In this document: positions 26,481 to 39,222 of the stretch, piece after piece
Position numbering within the stretch: the stretch's first letter is position 1
How the letters are laid out: each line of letters begins with the position of its first letter
Assembly: GCF_037042905.1 (NCBI RefSeq)
Contig: NC_087250.1
Location: forward strand, 10,728,001 to 10,792,000
Reading direction: 5' to 3'
DNA: 64,000 nucleotides
Source: Lytechinus pictus
Lineage: Eukaryota
Notes under the pieces: generated by a model
Databases searched by the model: none
Seen by the model: the letters and a program-made list of their open reading frames with translations, nothing else
Told to the model about the DNA's origin: nothing
Made by a program: the position numbers and the translations under genes

Positions 26481-28279
26481 CCTGGTCTAGTTTGGTGTCA
26501 TGTTCTTTTACCTGGCTCTGCTCGTCATTGACCTCCTCTTCCGTTTCAATTGTCTCTTCCTGCACTTCTTCTACTTCTACCCTTGTTTGAATGACATCTT
26601 CTTTCTGTGTTTCCCTACCTGAATGGCCACAACTCTTGGATCTTTTGGGTCGAGGCATATTTCTCTCCTTTGTTGGTACTTGTAATAATGCAGTGACAAC
26701 AGCCATTTTAAAGTACGTGTACATGCGTGGGTCACTTAAAATGTGCTCTCACTTTAAAATGAACTCCTCAAAAAAAGTTTGAAAATCTGGCTTTGATCGA
26801 TAATCCCTCCTCGGTTTTAGTAAATATCAATGTGTAATTGAATATCAATGAATAGATCATTCAATTTCTTTTTAAAATGATACCTTACATGATATGATTA
26901 TGGTTCACATGGAGGTGCAGTGCCTTGAAATGGGGGCAAGGTCAAAATTCAAAAGTTGCAAAATGACACAATATTGAAAGTCGCTGTTCTTTTTTCCGTG
27001 GTGATGAGTGAATTTCTTAAGCGGTTTCTTTTGACTCTGATCGATAATCCCGCCTTGGTTTTTAGTAAATATCAATGTGTAATTAATATCAATGAATTAT
27101 TTCTGAGTTTCTCAGCGGTTTCGTTTGTTTTCATGCAACTTAACATCAACATTAAAATGGAATCAAACACACCTCTGCACAAGTAAACACAATAACAAAC
27201 ATAAACCACAACAAAACATAAGAAATGAAGAAGCAAGGGCTTGATTTGAATGGATTTTCATCTCTATTGACACAGACAAAATAATCATGTTTTGTATTGA
27301 CCCTTCATGACTATTTCTGCTCGCTTTGCAGCTTTTCAATTCAGACCTCATCCAACACTTTTGAATTTTGCTCTTTTTTATGGCATGATCAAAACAAGCA
27401 TGGTATCATTTTAGAGAGAATCAAATGATTTTTTGAAAGATATCAAATATGCATTGTGTAAAATTTGGAGTTGGGAGAAATTAAAGGCCAAACTCAGATT
27501 TCCAAACTTTTTTTTGTGCTCGTTTTGCAGCTTTTCAATTCAGACTTCTTCCAACACTTTTGATTCCTGCTTTTTTTGTAATGGCATGATCATAACAAAC
27601 ATGGTATAATTGTAAGGAGAATTAAATGATCTTTTAAATGATGTCAAATATGCATTGTGTAAAATTTTGAGTTGGGAGAAATTAGTGGCAAAACTCAGAT
27701 TTCCAAACTTATTTTTGAGGGGTTTATATGTGGGAAAATATAGATCACTGGACATTTATCATTCAGCTGGCATGTCAATGAGCACTTGCAACGCACTCGG
27801 AATAAACTCATACGAAACTCGCTGTAACTCGGGGTGCTCGATCTTAAGTCGCGCTAATCTCGTGGGCACCTCCACTTGACTCATAAAACGATCGCAATGC
27901 TCGTATCTCGCTCTTGAAAACTCGGAATGCACTCGCGTATACTCAGATGTGGCGAGTTATTACGAATTATGGCGAGTTTATCTCGAGCTTCTTACGAGTT
28001 ATTGCGAGTACTGCGAGTATATAATGAGTTTAGGTGAGTTCAGCACGAGTTACAGTGAGTTTACTTGGCAAAATTTTTGAACATGTTCCAAAATTTTGAA
28101 AGTGCTCACGACTTCAAGGAGAGTTGTCCCGAGCTCCGCCGAGCCATGCCGAGTTGTCGGGAGTTATCCCGAGTTTCATGGTGAGCTTTATGCGAGTTAT
28201 CGCGAGTGCCTCATTTTGGCAACTCGCTATAACTCGCCATAACTCGCGATATTAACTCGCCAAAGTGGAAACCTTGCCC

Positions 28280-28909
28280 TAATGTCTCGCACATATTCCA
28301 TGTATAACTTGGCAATATAACGTGGATCGTTATTCGTGGATCCTTGTAGCAACAGAATCTTGCGGGAGAATCCGTCGATTGCACCGTGAACAGCAAATCC
28401 AAAAACCTTCAACTTGTCGTAACCGTAAATGTGAACCAAGAAATTGGAACCCTTTACTAACGTATTGCCTCCGGCGTAACCGTCGTCTCGATCTTGCTCA
28501 ACTCCTTCTGGATCTAGGACTGAAAGGAGTTGTCTTAAAAAGTTCTGTGGAATGCAAATGTCATACCTTGTCATCAGTCTTCTCCACATTGCCCAATAAC
28601 CTAGATGTTGCCCACTTCCTTGGAGTTCCTGCCTCAAAGTCGTCACAACATGGTTAAAATTTGGTTGGTTATCCCTTCTCCGGATGCCTAATCTAAAATG
28701 ATTCGCCTAATCTGTCTCAGGCTTTCAGTGATGTTATGGCGCATAAGTAAAAGGATGATGACCTCGGTGGCTGTGTACCCAATTGTGTAATAATGACGAA
28801 CAAGTTCATCCCTAAGCAGGCCATTCCCAGGGATTTCAAATGCTTCTGCAGTATAGCTGGGTGGTCTTGCTTGGACTCCGTCTAACAATAGCACAGGACA
28901 CAATAGAAC
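28280..28909 (-). pseudogene. IS3EU-type transposase, N-terminal part (exon 2)
   Basis: RDELVRHYYTIGY...ESLRQIRRI (HTH-like), ELQGSGQHLGYWAMWRRL...LDPEGVE, and HIYGYDKLKVFGFAVHGAIDGFSRKI (first catalytic D replaced by Y). Acceptor TTTTATTGCAG|GTT at 28910/28909. Confidence 0.85.
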
Positions 28910-29739
28910 CTGCAATAAAATACGATTTTGAACAATACCGTAACTCAGTTGAACAAAATCAGTTCACCCTTTAATTTCCAGTCGTATAGTATATTTATTC
29001 AAAATATGTCACGTTCAAAATACGTAAAAATTAGTTGTATTCTAATTACTCGGACTAAACAGGCTTACTTTGGGGGTAGCGTTTTTAAGAAACTGTATTG
29101 ATGCAGCTAAATATAATCCAGATTTGTACTGAACAGGAAACTCGTTATCTAAAAACATTTAAAATTCAGTGTAGTGATAAAACAATGACCAATTGACCAT
29201 AATATACCTGAATCCATATTACGACTCCTATAGGGTTCATTGAGCATACAAGATTTCTAGTGCTCACTAATTCATTGTACAACAATATTGTTTGGTTGTA
29301 ATTATAGCAATTTCAATTTTCATTTAAAGGGTCGATGCCAAAACGTCTATTATAGTAGGATCCAACGTTTTTCTATTAACACAAATTTCCAACTTTTCAA
29401 TGGGCCATGTTTTAGAAAAGTGAGATTGATCTCAACTTGATATTTGATGATCCAATTGTCGTTTTATTTCTTGCTGTACTTCGTGTCCCCCACCCCCCCC
29501 CCATATCCCTCTGATTTAGCGCTAAATTATTCTAAAATAGGAGGATTAAACGAGAATTTACCGTTTGAAGTTTGATCCTTATTTTATGAGTAATTGGAGG
29601 TTAGAGAATACATGAAAGCTCGCCCGCTACGCTTACGTTCAATCCTCAAAGCGACTGTGACTACTGGTGAGAACGAAAATAAAATAAGGCTTACGAGAAC
29701 AGACCTAAAAGATCCTGAGTAAGGGAGGGAGAGGAGGGC

Positions 29740-29852
29740 ATGTATCCTCTAACCTACAATTACTCATAAAATAAGGATCAAACTTCAAACGGTAAGTTCT
29801 CGTTTAATCCTCCTATTTTATTTCATAATTTTCGGAACGAGAATACATGAGA
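29740..29852. repeat. DIRS internal complementary region (ICR)
   Basis: 29740-29820 is the reverse complement of 29533-29615; 29816-29852 is the reverse complement of ~38218-38255. Confidence 0.85.
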
Positions 29853-29954
29853 TTTCAAAGCCCAGTAGTCACATGCGTCATACTTCCAGAAAATTAACTA
29901 ACCTGCAAAGTGCAGAACTTATTTCCCTTGGTGTAACACTGCTTACGTGTAGGA

Positions 29955-30251
29955 ACCATTTTGATCCTCCACTGGTTTGTTATAAAAAGTCTGAAAAGTT
30001 TTTTTCATTTGCCCAACCTACATGTTTGAGAATGCATTTTGTCCGTAGAATAAATCACTGAAAAATTCTAAAATATCCCTAGCTCTGGCCTGCATCCATG
30101 GAATATTGTGTTCTTGGCAAATTTTTTTCCACTTGTTTATGTAAATGTTGTACTGCTTCTTTGTTGATTTTCTCCAAGATGCACCAATGATGTCTGTAGT
30201 TTGCTTAGTTAGTCCTTGTAGGTCACAGTGTGCCCTCCAAGCCTGCAACAA
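29955..30251 (-). pseudogene. DIRS tyrosine recombinase with internal deletion
   Basis: N-terminal GLTKQTTDIIGASWRKSTKKQYNIYINKW is joined near 30045 to C-terminal ILKHVGWANEK..TFQTFYNKPV; the catalytic core is absent. Confidence 0.75.
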
Positions 30252-30862
30252 AGGAGATCAAGATTAGTAAGAGGGTGGGGTCTGCCAGACACTGGCTGAG
30301 TGAGCAGCACATCAAAAAAAACAAAGGCTCTTCTAGCATCATTTCTTCCAGGGAAATGAACCAAGCCTGTGTAGGCCAATTTGGTACTACTATTAACCCT
30401 TGTGCACCATCTACTTTAATCTTCTGTAGACATTTAGCGATAAGGTTGAAGGGAGGGAAAGCATAGAAATCAAGTTTCCCCCAGTCCAATGTAAATGCGT
30501 CAACTGCCCATGCATTTGGGTCAGGTTTCCAAGAGACATATTTAGGTAATTGAGCATTGAGTCTCGTTGCAAATAAATCTACCTCTGGTGGGCCATATTT
30601 ATTAAGTATTTCCTTAAAAGCCATCTCATGAAGGGCCCATTCAATGTTGTCATTGAATGTGCGGGACATACGGTCAGCTTCAACATTTTAAGTACCCGGC
30701 AAGTAGGCAGCTGTAATCCAAATGTTTCGGTCTCTACACCAATTCCATATTTGTTTGGCCATTTCATTGCATGAATTTGATTTAATACCCCCCCCCCCCA
30801 TCTTGTTGAGGTAAGAAGCTGCCGTCATGTTGTCTAGCCTGTTCAAAACATGCACATTTCTC
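30223..30862 (-). pseudogene. DIRS pol C-terminus: RNase H end and methyltransferase-like domain
   Basis: LRNVHVLNRLDNMTAASYLNKMGG...WITAAYLPG; DLFATRLNAQLPKYVSWKPDP..AVDAF..DW...YAFPPF. Confidence 0.85.
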
Positions 30863-31699
30863 AAATAGTGTGGTACGGTATGTCACTGACACAGCTCCCG
30901 TAGGACTTTCGTGCCAAAATTGATTTTTTGGTTGTTTTGGCTTCAATAGGGTCCTCTTAGACCAAAAATGATGGGGTGAAAATTTTCAGCCCCCTCCTTC
31001 CCTTCGTGGGGGGGTCCTTTTTGGCACCATATTGGGCTGTACAAAGCCCAATAAGATAATCCATTCTTTTCAACCTTATTTCTCACTTTTCTTCGCCAAT
31101 TTTATTTTTAAGTTGTCTGAGGTGTATGAGAATGAATATTTGATGATGTTGTGATGTCAATTTCTTTTTCACTTTTACCATATGGGGGCGGAATTTACGA
31201 AAAATGCCCTAAAATTGTAAAATATTATCCCTAAAATTTCATTTTCCACCTTTTTTGGCACTAGAATTAGGACAAAAGGGTTACAAAATTAAATGAATAT
31301 GTCTTGTTATACAATCCAATAACAGAGGAATATATCACATGCAATTTATATCATTATTTTTGGTCAATTGATGTAAAAATCAACCCCATTTCAGGATTTT
31401 ATGCAGTGAAAAACTTACTACAACACTAGAGGGCGCCATAACTTATGATAAGCACTGCCTTTAAAAAAATCGAATTCTAGGCATTGTAATTTTATCAATG
31501 AATTTGAAAGCTGACACATTTCAAGAGCAATTATTTCCAATGCCAATTCATAGTATGGGCATCTAATTTGTTTTGATTCTAACCCCCCCCCCCTGGGGGG
31601 GGGGGGGGAGGCAAAACGGTTGCCTTAGGCTAAAAGTCCTGGATTCATTTTTTTAATTTGGTTTCAATTCAAAAGTTTTTAAGGGTGAAGAAGTATATC

Positions 31700-34080
31700 G
31701 GCAAAATGATCAAGGACAGCAAGTGGTCTCGTGCCCAGAAATCCAAGATGACTTTCAAAAATGGAGTTTAAAATGGCTGTTGATACTTTAAATGGACATA
31801 GCACATTTTATATCAACCTGAGATAGATGGAATCGGTGTCTAGACCATGGTTTCAAAGATCAAAACTGGGACAAGAATACTGGTTCCTTTTTTTCATTTA
31901 TTTAATTTTTGGAAGCCATCTGGGATTTTTCAACATACCGGGACAGTCAGCGGTCCGGTATGTTGAAAAAAATCCAAGATGGCTTCCAAAAATTGAGTTT
32001 GAAATTGCTGTTGCTGCTTGAAAAACAGATATAGTTTGTTCAATATCCGGAAATATGAGTTTTTGTGTCTACCATGGTAAAATAGGTCAAATAATACATT
32101 AGAATAAGTTACAAGGAGAGTCGTTGGTCGAGTATGTTAAACAATGAAGTATAAAATAGCCACTGTTATTTACAAATTGAATATCCATCAAGGATATGGT
32201 TTTGATGTCTAAACCATGATTTTTAAAGTAAGAAAATTAGTTACGAGCGTTCGAGTGTTGTGGCCCAGTGGATTAGTCTTTTGACTTTGAAAGGGTCGTA
32301 GGTTCAAATCCCAGCCATGGCATAATTTCCTTCTGCAAAAAATTATCTACATTGTGCTGCACTCAACCCAGAAGGGGTAAATGGGTACCCGGTAAGAAGA
32401 AATTATCTAAATGCTTGAGCGCCTAGGCAGCCAATTTAAAGCAGGGATAATTATAATAGCTGGGCCCGCTGGGAGAACAGTTTTAGAACTGAAGGGGCTT
32501 CCCTAGGTAAATATACCTATATTATTAATATCATATTATAACAAGGACAGTCAGTGGTCTATGTCGAAAAATCCAAGGTGGCGTCAAGAAATCTGAGTCC
32601 AAAGTGACTGCTGTTACTTAAAAGTGGACATAGTTAATTTAAAATCCACCAAGGACATATGATTTTGGTGTCCACTCAATGGTTTCATGATTAAAATGAT
32701 TCTTTCGACTGGTTACAAAGATATGCACTGGTCCATTTTGCCTAAAAATCCAATAAATTTTTCAAAATGGCATCTAAAATGATTCCTAACACTCATTAAT
32801 AATGGTCAGAGTTTATACAATATTAATCTGTGAGGAATAATTTTGGTGTCTACATGGTGGTATAAAGGGTCAGATAATACATTCGACAAATAACAAGGAT
32901 ATTTAGTTTTCAATTTTGTCCAAAATCCATGGTAGATTAAAAAAATTCATCAAATGGGTGCTATTTCAAACTCATGAATCAATATAACTTATCCCATACA
33001 TTTAAGTGTAGGCACCAAAATATTTCTCACAGGTTGATATTGTATGAATGATTTTTTCCACTATACAATAGTCATTTTTAAAACCAATTTTTGAAAGCCA
33101 ACTTGGATTTCAAGGCAAAATGGATAACTGCATAGTTATTGTAACCAGTCCTTAATAAGTATTTTTAACTTTTAAAATACTAGTGTAGACACCAAAATAA
33201 TAGCCCCAGGTGTATGCTTAATGTTCTATATCCACTTTTAAGTAACAGCAGTCATTGAAGCAATCTTGGATTTTTTGACACCCGACTGTTCTTTCAACTT
33301 GAAATATACTTGATCCTTTAAACTCTAGTGTAGACATCAAAATCAAATCCACGATGTGCGCTTCTTATCTACTTTTAAGAACCACAGTCAATTTAGACCC
33401 TGCATTTTGGAGGCCATATCGCATTTTTGACATACCAGACCACTGACTGCCCCTATTAACTTGTCCTAATGTCTTATGTGACCCTTGAAACCATTGGTTT
33501 AGACACCAAAATTATATATCCCAGGACGATATGAAATGAACTATGTCCGCTTTAAGTGTCAGCAGCCATTTTAAGATCAATTTATGGAATTCATCTTTGA
33601 TTTATGGACATACCAGACCACTGACTGTCCTTGTAATTTATCCTCATATATTACTTGACCCAAACCAGTGGTTTAAAGTTAAACATCGAAATCACATTTC
33701 CCTGGACGATATGAAATCAGCTATGTCTGCTTTAAGTTTAGCAGCCATTTCAGAGTAAATTTTTCTGAAGCCATCATGGATTTTTGGACCCACCAGACCA
33801 CTCACTGTCCTTGTAACTTTTTCAAATTTACTACTTTACCCTTAAAATCATTGACTGGAAACCAAATTGTGGATTTTTAGCACACGGCAGCCATTTCTTA
33901 TGCCATCATGGATTTTCCAGGTATCCTGGGGTCCTTATATTCAATCTACCTTGTTTCAACAATTATTTTACCTCCTAGACCATGGAGTATGAAACCAATT
34001 AGGATTCTCGGGTGGATAATGAGTGAGTCGTATTTATCAATTTTCAGTGAATGGTGGCCATCTAGGATACTATTTTGAAA
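31700..34080. repeat. Degenerate ~180-bp tandem repeats in two opposed arrays
   Basis: AAAATCCAAGATGG / TGGTGTCTA.ACCATGG motifs run forward in 31700-33000 and reversed in 33050-34080 (CCAGACCACT at 33435, 33613, 33791). Confidence 0.7.
32253..32540 (+). mobile_element. tRNA-derived SINE
   Basis: A-box TGGCCCAGTGG (32261), B-box GGTTCAAATCC (32301), body CATTGTGCTGCACTCAACCCAG..AATGGGTACC, LINE-like 3' tail and (TAT)n end. Confidence 0.85.
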
Positions 34081-35443
34081 ATAACCACTTTCCCTGATGC
34101 GGATTTTGGTAGATTGTTAGTATATTATTCCTGAGGTCAATTAGTACTAAAAACTGTTGAAAAACAATTTGTTGCAAGTTTTCCGAGTAAGGGTATTTTT
34201 GGTCGTACATTGAATAGTCTAAAGGCCCTACCTTAGAAATTGAGGCACAATGCATGTTTGTATGGAAGTTCTCTAAATCTTGTGAAGGTCAATTAATAAA
34301 ACATCACATATTATTTCAAAAAAGGTTATGTGCATGTGTGTGCGTGTGTGTGTGTGTGGGGGGGGGGGCTATAAAAAATACTTTGTGTTTCTTTCTGTCT
34401 ATCAGTAATTGGAAATTAGCCGAGATGTATATAATTGACAATTCAAACAGAAGTCCTTTAACTCGTAAATTGTACTCTAGAACGAGTGGCCGAATGGTGA
34501 AAGTTGTATGTCAGTCAGTTGGGGGGGGGGGGGGGGGTAGGGGAAGGGGTAGGGGATATGGTTGGTAGGATGCTCGTCTAACTGGAAGTCTTCAGATATA
34601 AGCATTCTAGCTGTCTAGGGATGATAAAATACCATAAAACAATTCATTTTTTTAACCAGGCGCAAAATTGCTAATACACCTGATTTTAGGGGGTGTTGAT
34701 ATAGGTGACATCCCCCCCCCTCGGGCAGTGGGTGAGGGTGGGGGAAACTGGAACCCTATCACTTCCTGATAGATTGGACCCAAGTAAATCCAAAATGAAA
34801 AAAAAATGGCGCAAAAGTCATACAGGAGCTGTGTCATGACATACCGTACCGCACTAATATCATCATGATAAGTTATGGCGCCCTCTAGTGTTGTAGTAAG
34901 GTTTTCACTGCATAAAATCCTGAAATGGGGTTGATTTTTACATCAATTGACCAAGAATAATTATGTGAATTACATGTGATATATTCTTCTGTTATTGGAC
35001 TGTATAACAAGACATATGCATTTCATTTTGTAATCTTTTTGTCCTAATTCTAGTGCCAAAAAAGGGGGGAAATTACATTTTTTGGGGTAATATTTTACAA
35101 TTTTGGGGCATTTTTCGCAAAATCCGCCCCCATAAGGTAAAAGTGAAAAAGAATTGACATCACGACATCATCAAATATTCATTCTCATACACCTCAGACA
35201 ACTTAAAAATAAAATTGGCGAAGAAAAGTGAGAAATAAGGTTGAAAACAATGTATTATCCAATTGGGCTTTGTACAGGCCAATATGGCGCCAAAAAGGAA
35301 CCCCCCCCCCCACGAAGGGAAGGAGGGGGCTGAAAATTTGAACCCCATCATTTTTGGTCTAAAGGGACCATATTGAAGCCAAAACAACCCAACAATCAAT
35401 ATTGGCAAACAAATCCTACGGGATAACACACCATACCGCACTA

Positions 35444-36765
35444 AAATGGGAGCAATAAGCTTTCAGACCAAACCCTGCTGATAATGTCTCTAGAAAGTTT
35501 ATTTCATTATTTTTAGCCCTAACCAATTCATGGGCATTCCATCTACCCCCTGTTTGGTAGGTGAGGTCTGTAGCACCACAGTCTTCCCCACTAGCATCTG
35601 TACGTAGTTCCATCGTAAATTTCCCATGATGCATTTGGCATGTCGTTGATGTAGCATTTGTGGCCCACCATTCCAGATCCTTCTTAGCTTCTGTCGAGAG
35701 TGACATGACTCTATCAAAATACCCTTTATTACATCTTAAGGCTGCTATTTTATCTTTCTCGAGTGCCCTGTAATAGAGGGGGCCATATTGTGAAGCTGGG
35801 AATGCAGCTACTATTTTCCCAACTAACTTAGCAACTTCTTGTATAGTTGGACTCTTTTTCTCATACAACCTAATGCATGCCTCTTTTAAGTCTTTACCTT
35901 TGTTGTCAGGCGATGTGACTGTCATTGTAATCGTACTGAGTTGAAACCCCCAAAACTACACTACTTGAGTGGGCTCGAGAACAGACTTTGAGGAGTGAAT
36001 TATAAATCAATGATAACTTAATAGTGTCGTTGTGGCCAACACAGACTTGTTTGTTGCTTCTTCATTCTTTCCAATAATTAGGGTGTCATCCAAATACCCG
36101 ACAACTTTGTGTTTGGACTGTCTACGAGAGGCAAACACTGGTTTAGGGAGCTTGGTAAAAAGTCGGGGGGCAGAACTAAGTCCATTTGGTAAGGCTTTGT
36201 ACTGCCAAAGTTGACCTTGCCAAATAAATCTAAGATACTTTCTAGAGTCTGTATGGATTGGAACTGTATAGTAAGCATCACGAAGATCGACTGAAGCTAA
36301 TAAGTCTCCCCGAGAAATAAGAGAGATTGCAGTGGCGAGGTTGTCCATCTTAAAATGGTGATAGTCTACATATTCATTTAGCCAAGATAAATCAAAAATC
36401 AAGCGTACTCCTCCATTTTTCTTAGGCCTTGTAAAGACATTTCAAATGAATTCCCCAGTTACATGGGAGCAGCGTTCAATTACACTTTTTCTTTCTAAGT
36501 TTGCTAATTCTTCATTAATCATTGCCATCTGCATGTTATCCCTCTTGTAGATATGTATGGGTTTTTCATGTCTCGGGGGAAACTTGTCTGGGTCAAACTC
36601 CAATTTATAGCCCTGAATGGCTTGGAGCGGGAAAGGGTCTGAGGTAATTTGACGCCATTTATTGACAACAAGCTTCAGTCGACCTCCAACAGTACATAAT
36701 TCAGGGGGATTCCCATTACAAGCACTTACCTCTTGAGTGCTTGGCTCTGATGTCGGGACTTCCAC
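35444..36765 (-). pseudogene. DIRS reverse transcriptase / RNase H
   Basis: VGGRLK..WRQIT, HFKMD, ASVDLRDAYYTVPI, LPNGLSSAPRLFTKL, GYLDDTL, TDASG, INFLE; several stops and frameshifts. Confidence 0.9.
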
Positions 36766-36767
36766 AA

Positions 36768-38093
36768 CTATTTCTTGCGTTGTGCTCTGTCCTTGTGTGC
36801 TGTTGGTGTGAAAGTGTGGGAAGCTTGCTGAGCTTGCTTGTATTTCCCTTTCTTGTAGTTCTGATGTTGGCCTAAAAAAGCCGATCTGAATTCCCCGCTT
36901 TGTGATAGGTTGAGTAGGACGACAGAGAGGATGATACAGGGGTTAAGGTCTGGTTTGATCATATTTTTTCGAAGCAAGTTCATGCCATAATTGGCATTAC
37001 ACAGCAAGGCTAAAGCATCGTGCTGTTCCTCTGTCATTGAAACTGGATCAAGAGTATGCGCAAAGGCACATAAGCCCTTAGTCATGGACAGCTGAATGTG
37101 CTGAAGTCTAAGGTCTTTATTTCTAGTAGCGGAGCGCAAATTCTCCCCGATGATGGTGTCACTTTTGGGGTGTCAAGAATTTCACAGTTTGCGGGTGAGA
37201 TATATTGTTCAGCCGCTTTCTCAATGGATTTTTCTTCCAGCTTGTAAATCATTATTCAAGATATTGATCGAGCGAAATCTTCATTCAAAGGTGTGCCTAT
37301 GGCACTAGGCGCAGCAAATTTTGCTGCTATTACGAGGATTGTTGAAGGGACAGGATTGATTTCTCCCTTGTCAACCAAAGTAGAGGCAGTTGTAGAGAGA
37401 GCCCTGCCTGAGCTGGCTAAGTTAACGTTTGGAGACCTATGTCTATGACAAAGGTCCTCTTCATCTGCGTCAAAAAGAATGTCACTATTTGGGGTAAGAG
37501 AACCACTCCCATCGCCCTCACCAGGCAAGCCGCGGGCGAACCCAACTAGCGGGGGTTCCAAACTAGCATTAAAAACAGCCTGGTCAGAAGCATGAGCTTG
37601 TACAGGGCCCGCTGGAGGGAGCTTCTCCATCAGGACTGATAACATGCTTTCAAGCCTGTCCATTCTAGAATCTACGCTAGAAGTGCTGAGGTCCCCCCCC
37701 CCCTTTGAGCTCGGCTTTGCCTTACTCAAACTAGTTTTAGATCTACTCTCACCGATCGGTTTAGCCTTGGTCATAGTACTAGATTTCTCTTTAGAGGGTG
37801 TTTTTTTGTGGCAACTTACTTGTATCATGATCGTTCGGCTTTGCCTTACAACTTGTAATCACTTTGTCGTGAGTGGACTTACCCGAGCTCGGCTTTGCCT
37901 TACTCGGCGGCGGTGTCGGCGACTTCTCTCCGGAGCTGCCGGTAGCCTTTGGGCTGTTGCCCGCTGTAACTCCGCTGACACCTGGAGTGAGTCGAGTCGT
38001 GGTAAAAGACTCCATTTCGAAAAATACGAAGCGAAAATTGTCCAGAAAGGATACAGTCTCGTTCACAAGCATTTGATCTTTACTAATGAACAA
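36768..38093 (-). pseudogene. DIRS gag-like ORF1 (fragmented)
   Basis: S/K/P-rich N-terminus, VDSRMDRLESMLSVL coiled coil, and DLRLQHIQLSM..DALALLCNANY..NLLRKNMIKPDLN, directly upstream of RT. Confidence 0.7.
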
Positions 38094-38989
38094 CTAATTT
38101 TAATACGTTGATCTGCCAGATGGCGAATTTTTTTGTGAAAATCCGCGGAAAAAACAAAGTTCATAGCGTGGTTGGTAAGCGCGACGAACGTATTGAACGT
38201 AAGCGTAGCGGGCGGGCTCTCATGTATTCTGGTTCCGAGAATTATAAAATAAAATATAATATAGGCCTACGTCCTAATTTGATCGTCATAATCTGGAAAG
38301 CCTATTTAATCCCGTAACTTATGAAAAAAACATCATCGGTTTTGAACAGAGAGTCTATATGTAAAATCAATGCATTTCAGCCCATTACAAATTTGCAGTG
38401 CTACAATTCTGGTGTCTAAGAGTAAGCACATCTACAAACTCTCACAGTGCAAAATTTTGGTCGGGGAGGAGGACCATCCAGGTTAAAGTTTGCTGTCTCC
38501 TTCCCGGCAGCCAAATTTTGCACTTTGGGAGTATGTTTCTTGTCTGTTATCATTGACTTTCTGTTGTATAACTTAATGTGTTTTTTTATTATTTTGAAAT
38601 GGCCCATCCAACACCGAAACCCAGAAGTATAGGCCTATGCAATGCTTCCTCTATAAATTTTCTTTCAAAATTAAGGATTTTGTATGCACCATAATACACG
38701 AAAAGTTGGAGCGGGCCCCTCCGACACCTACCCCAGGAGTATAATTTTTTCTCTATATTTTTTGTTCAAAATTTGAGAATTTGGTATGCATAATAACATG
38801 CCAGGAGAAGCTTCAATTTCAAAATTTTTCTCACAATTGTAGGCGGAACCCCCTCTCACACCCACCCCCAGATATATATGCAATGTTTTATATATATATT
38901 TTCAGTCAAAATATAATGATTTTGATAACGTCTGGGGAAAAATGTCAAATTCAAATGTTCCTATGGTGAACCCGCATTCCACACCCATC

Positions 38990-39222
38990 GCTCCTAAAAA
39001 TTCTGAAGCAGACTTGACCCGGAAAATGGTATGTTTGGGCCATACTAGACATTATGAGTAAAAGAAATGACCAAGAATAGAGTAAAAACGACCCGGAATA
39101 AAGTCAAATGTGACCCAGAAACAAGTATTTCTGACCCTATTCCGGGTAATTTTTGACCCGGAATGAAGTGTGGCCACAAACGGACTATTTTCCGGGTCAA
39201 TCTGACCCGGATTTTTTTAGTG
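38990..39222. mobile_element. Small MITE with TGACCCGG repeats
   Basis: Imperfect inverted arms TTGACCCGGAAAATGGTATGTTTGGGCCA and TGGCCACAAACGGACTATTTTCCGGGTCAA; right end ...TTTTTTAGTG. Confidence 0.55.

Larger units (their letters stand above)
22664..28279. mobile_element. Harbinger-like non-autonomous element inserted in the IS3EU transposase
   Basis: Right end AACTCGCCAAAGTGGAAACCTTGCCC|TAA; left end GCAAGCTTTTCAC...TTTGGCGAGTT split by a LINE; abundant CGAG/CTCG subterminal motifs at 25185-25465 and 27770-28260. Confidence 0.6.
30866..35443. mobile_element. Academ-like long-TIR element inserted in DIRS RNase H
   Basis: ~580-bp inverted arms (30866-31450 vs 34860-35443); termini TAGTG(T/C)GGTA...TACCGCACTA; TSD AAA (30863-30865 and 35444-35446); excision restores YCSH|LRNVHV. 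Confidence 0.85.
29533..38255 (-). mobile_element. DIRS1-like tyrosine-recombinase retrotransposon
   Basis: gag-like, RT, RNase H, MT and YR remnants. ITRs at ~29605-29643 and ~38192-38230; ICR at 29740-29852 complementary to both termini. Confidence 0.9.

Noticed and set aside
30223..30669. Bacterial or phage Dam methylase by horizontal transfer
   Set aside because: This is the standard methyltransferase-like domain at the end of DIRS1 pol.
32253..32320. tRNA gene
   Set aside because: A and B boxes are present but there is no complete cloverleaf; it continues into a SINE body and tail.
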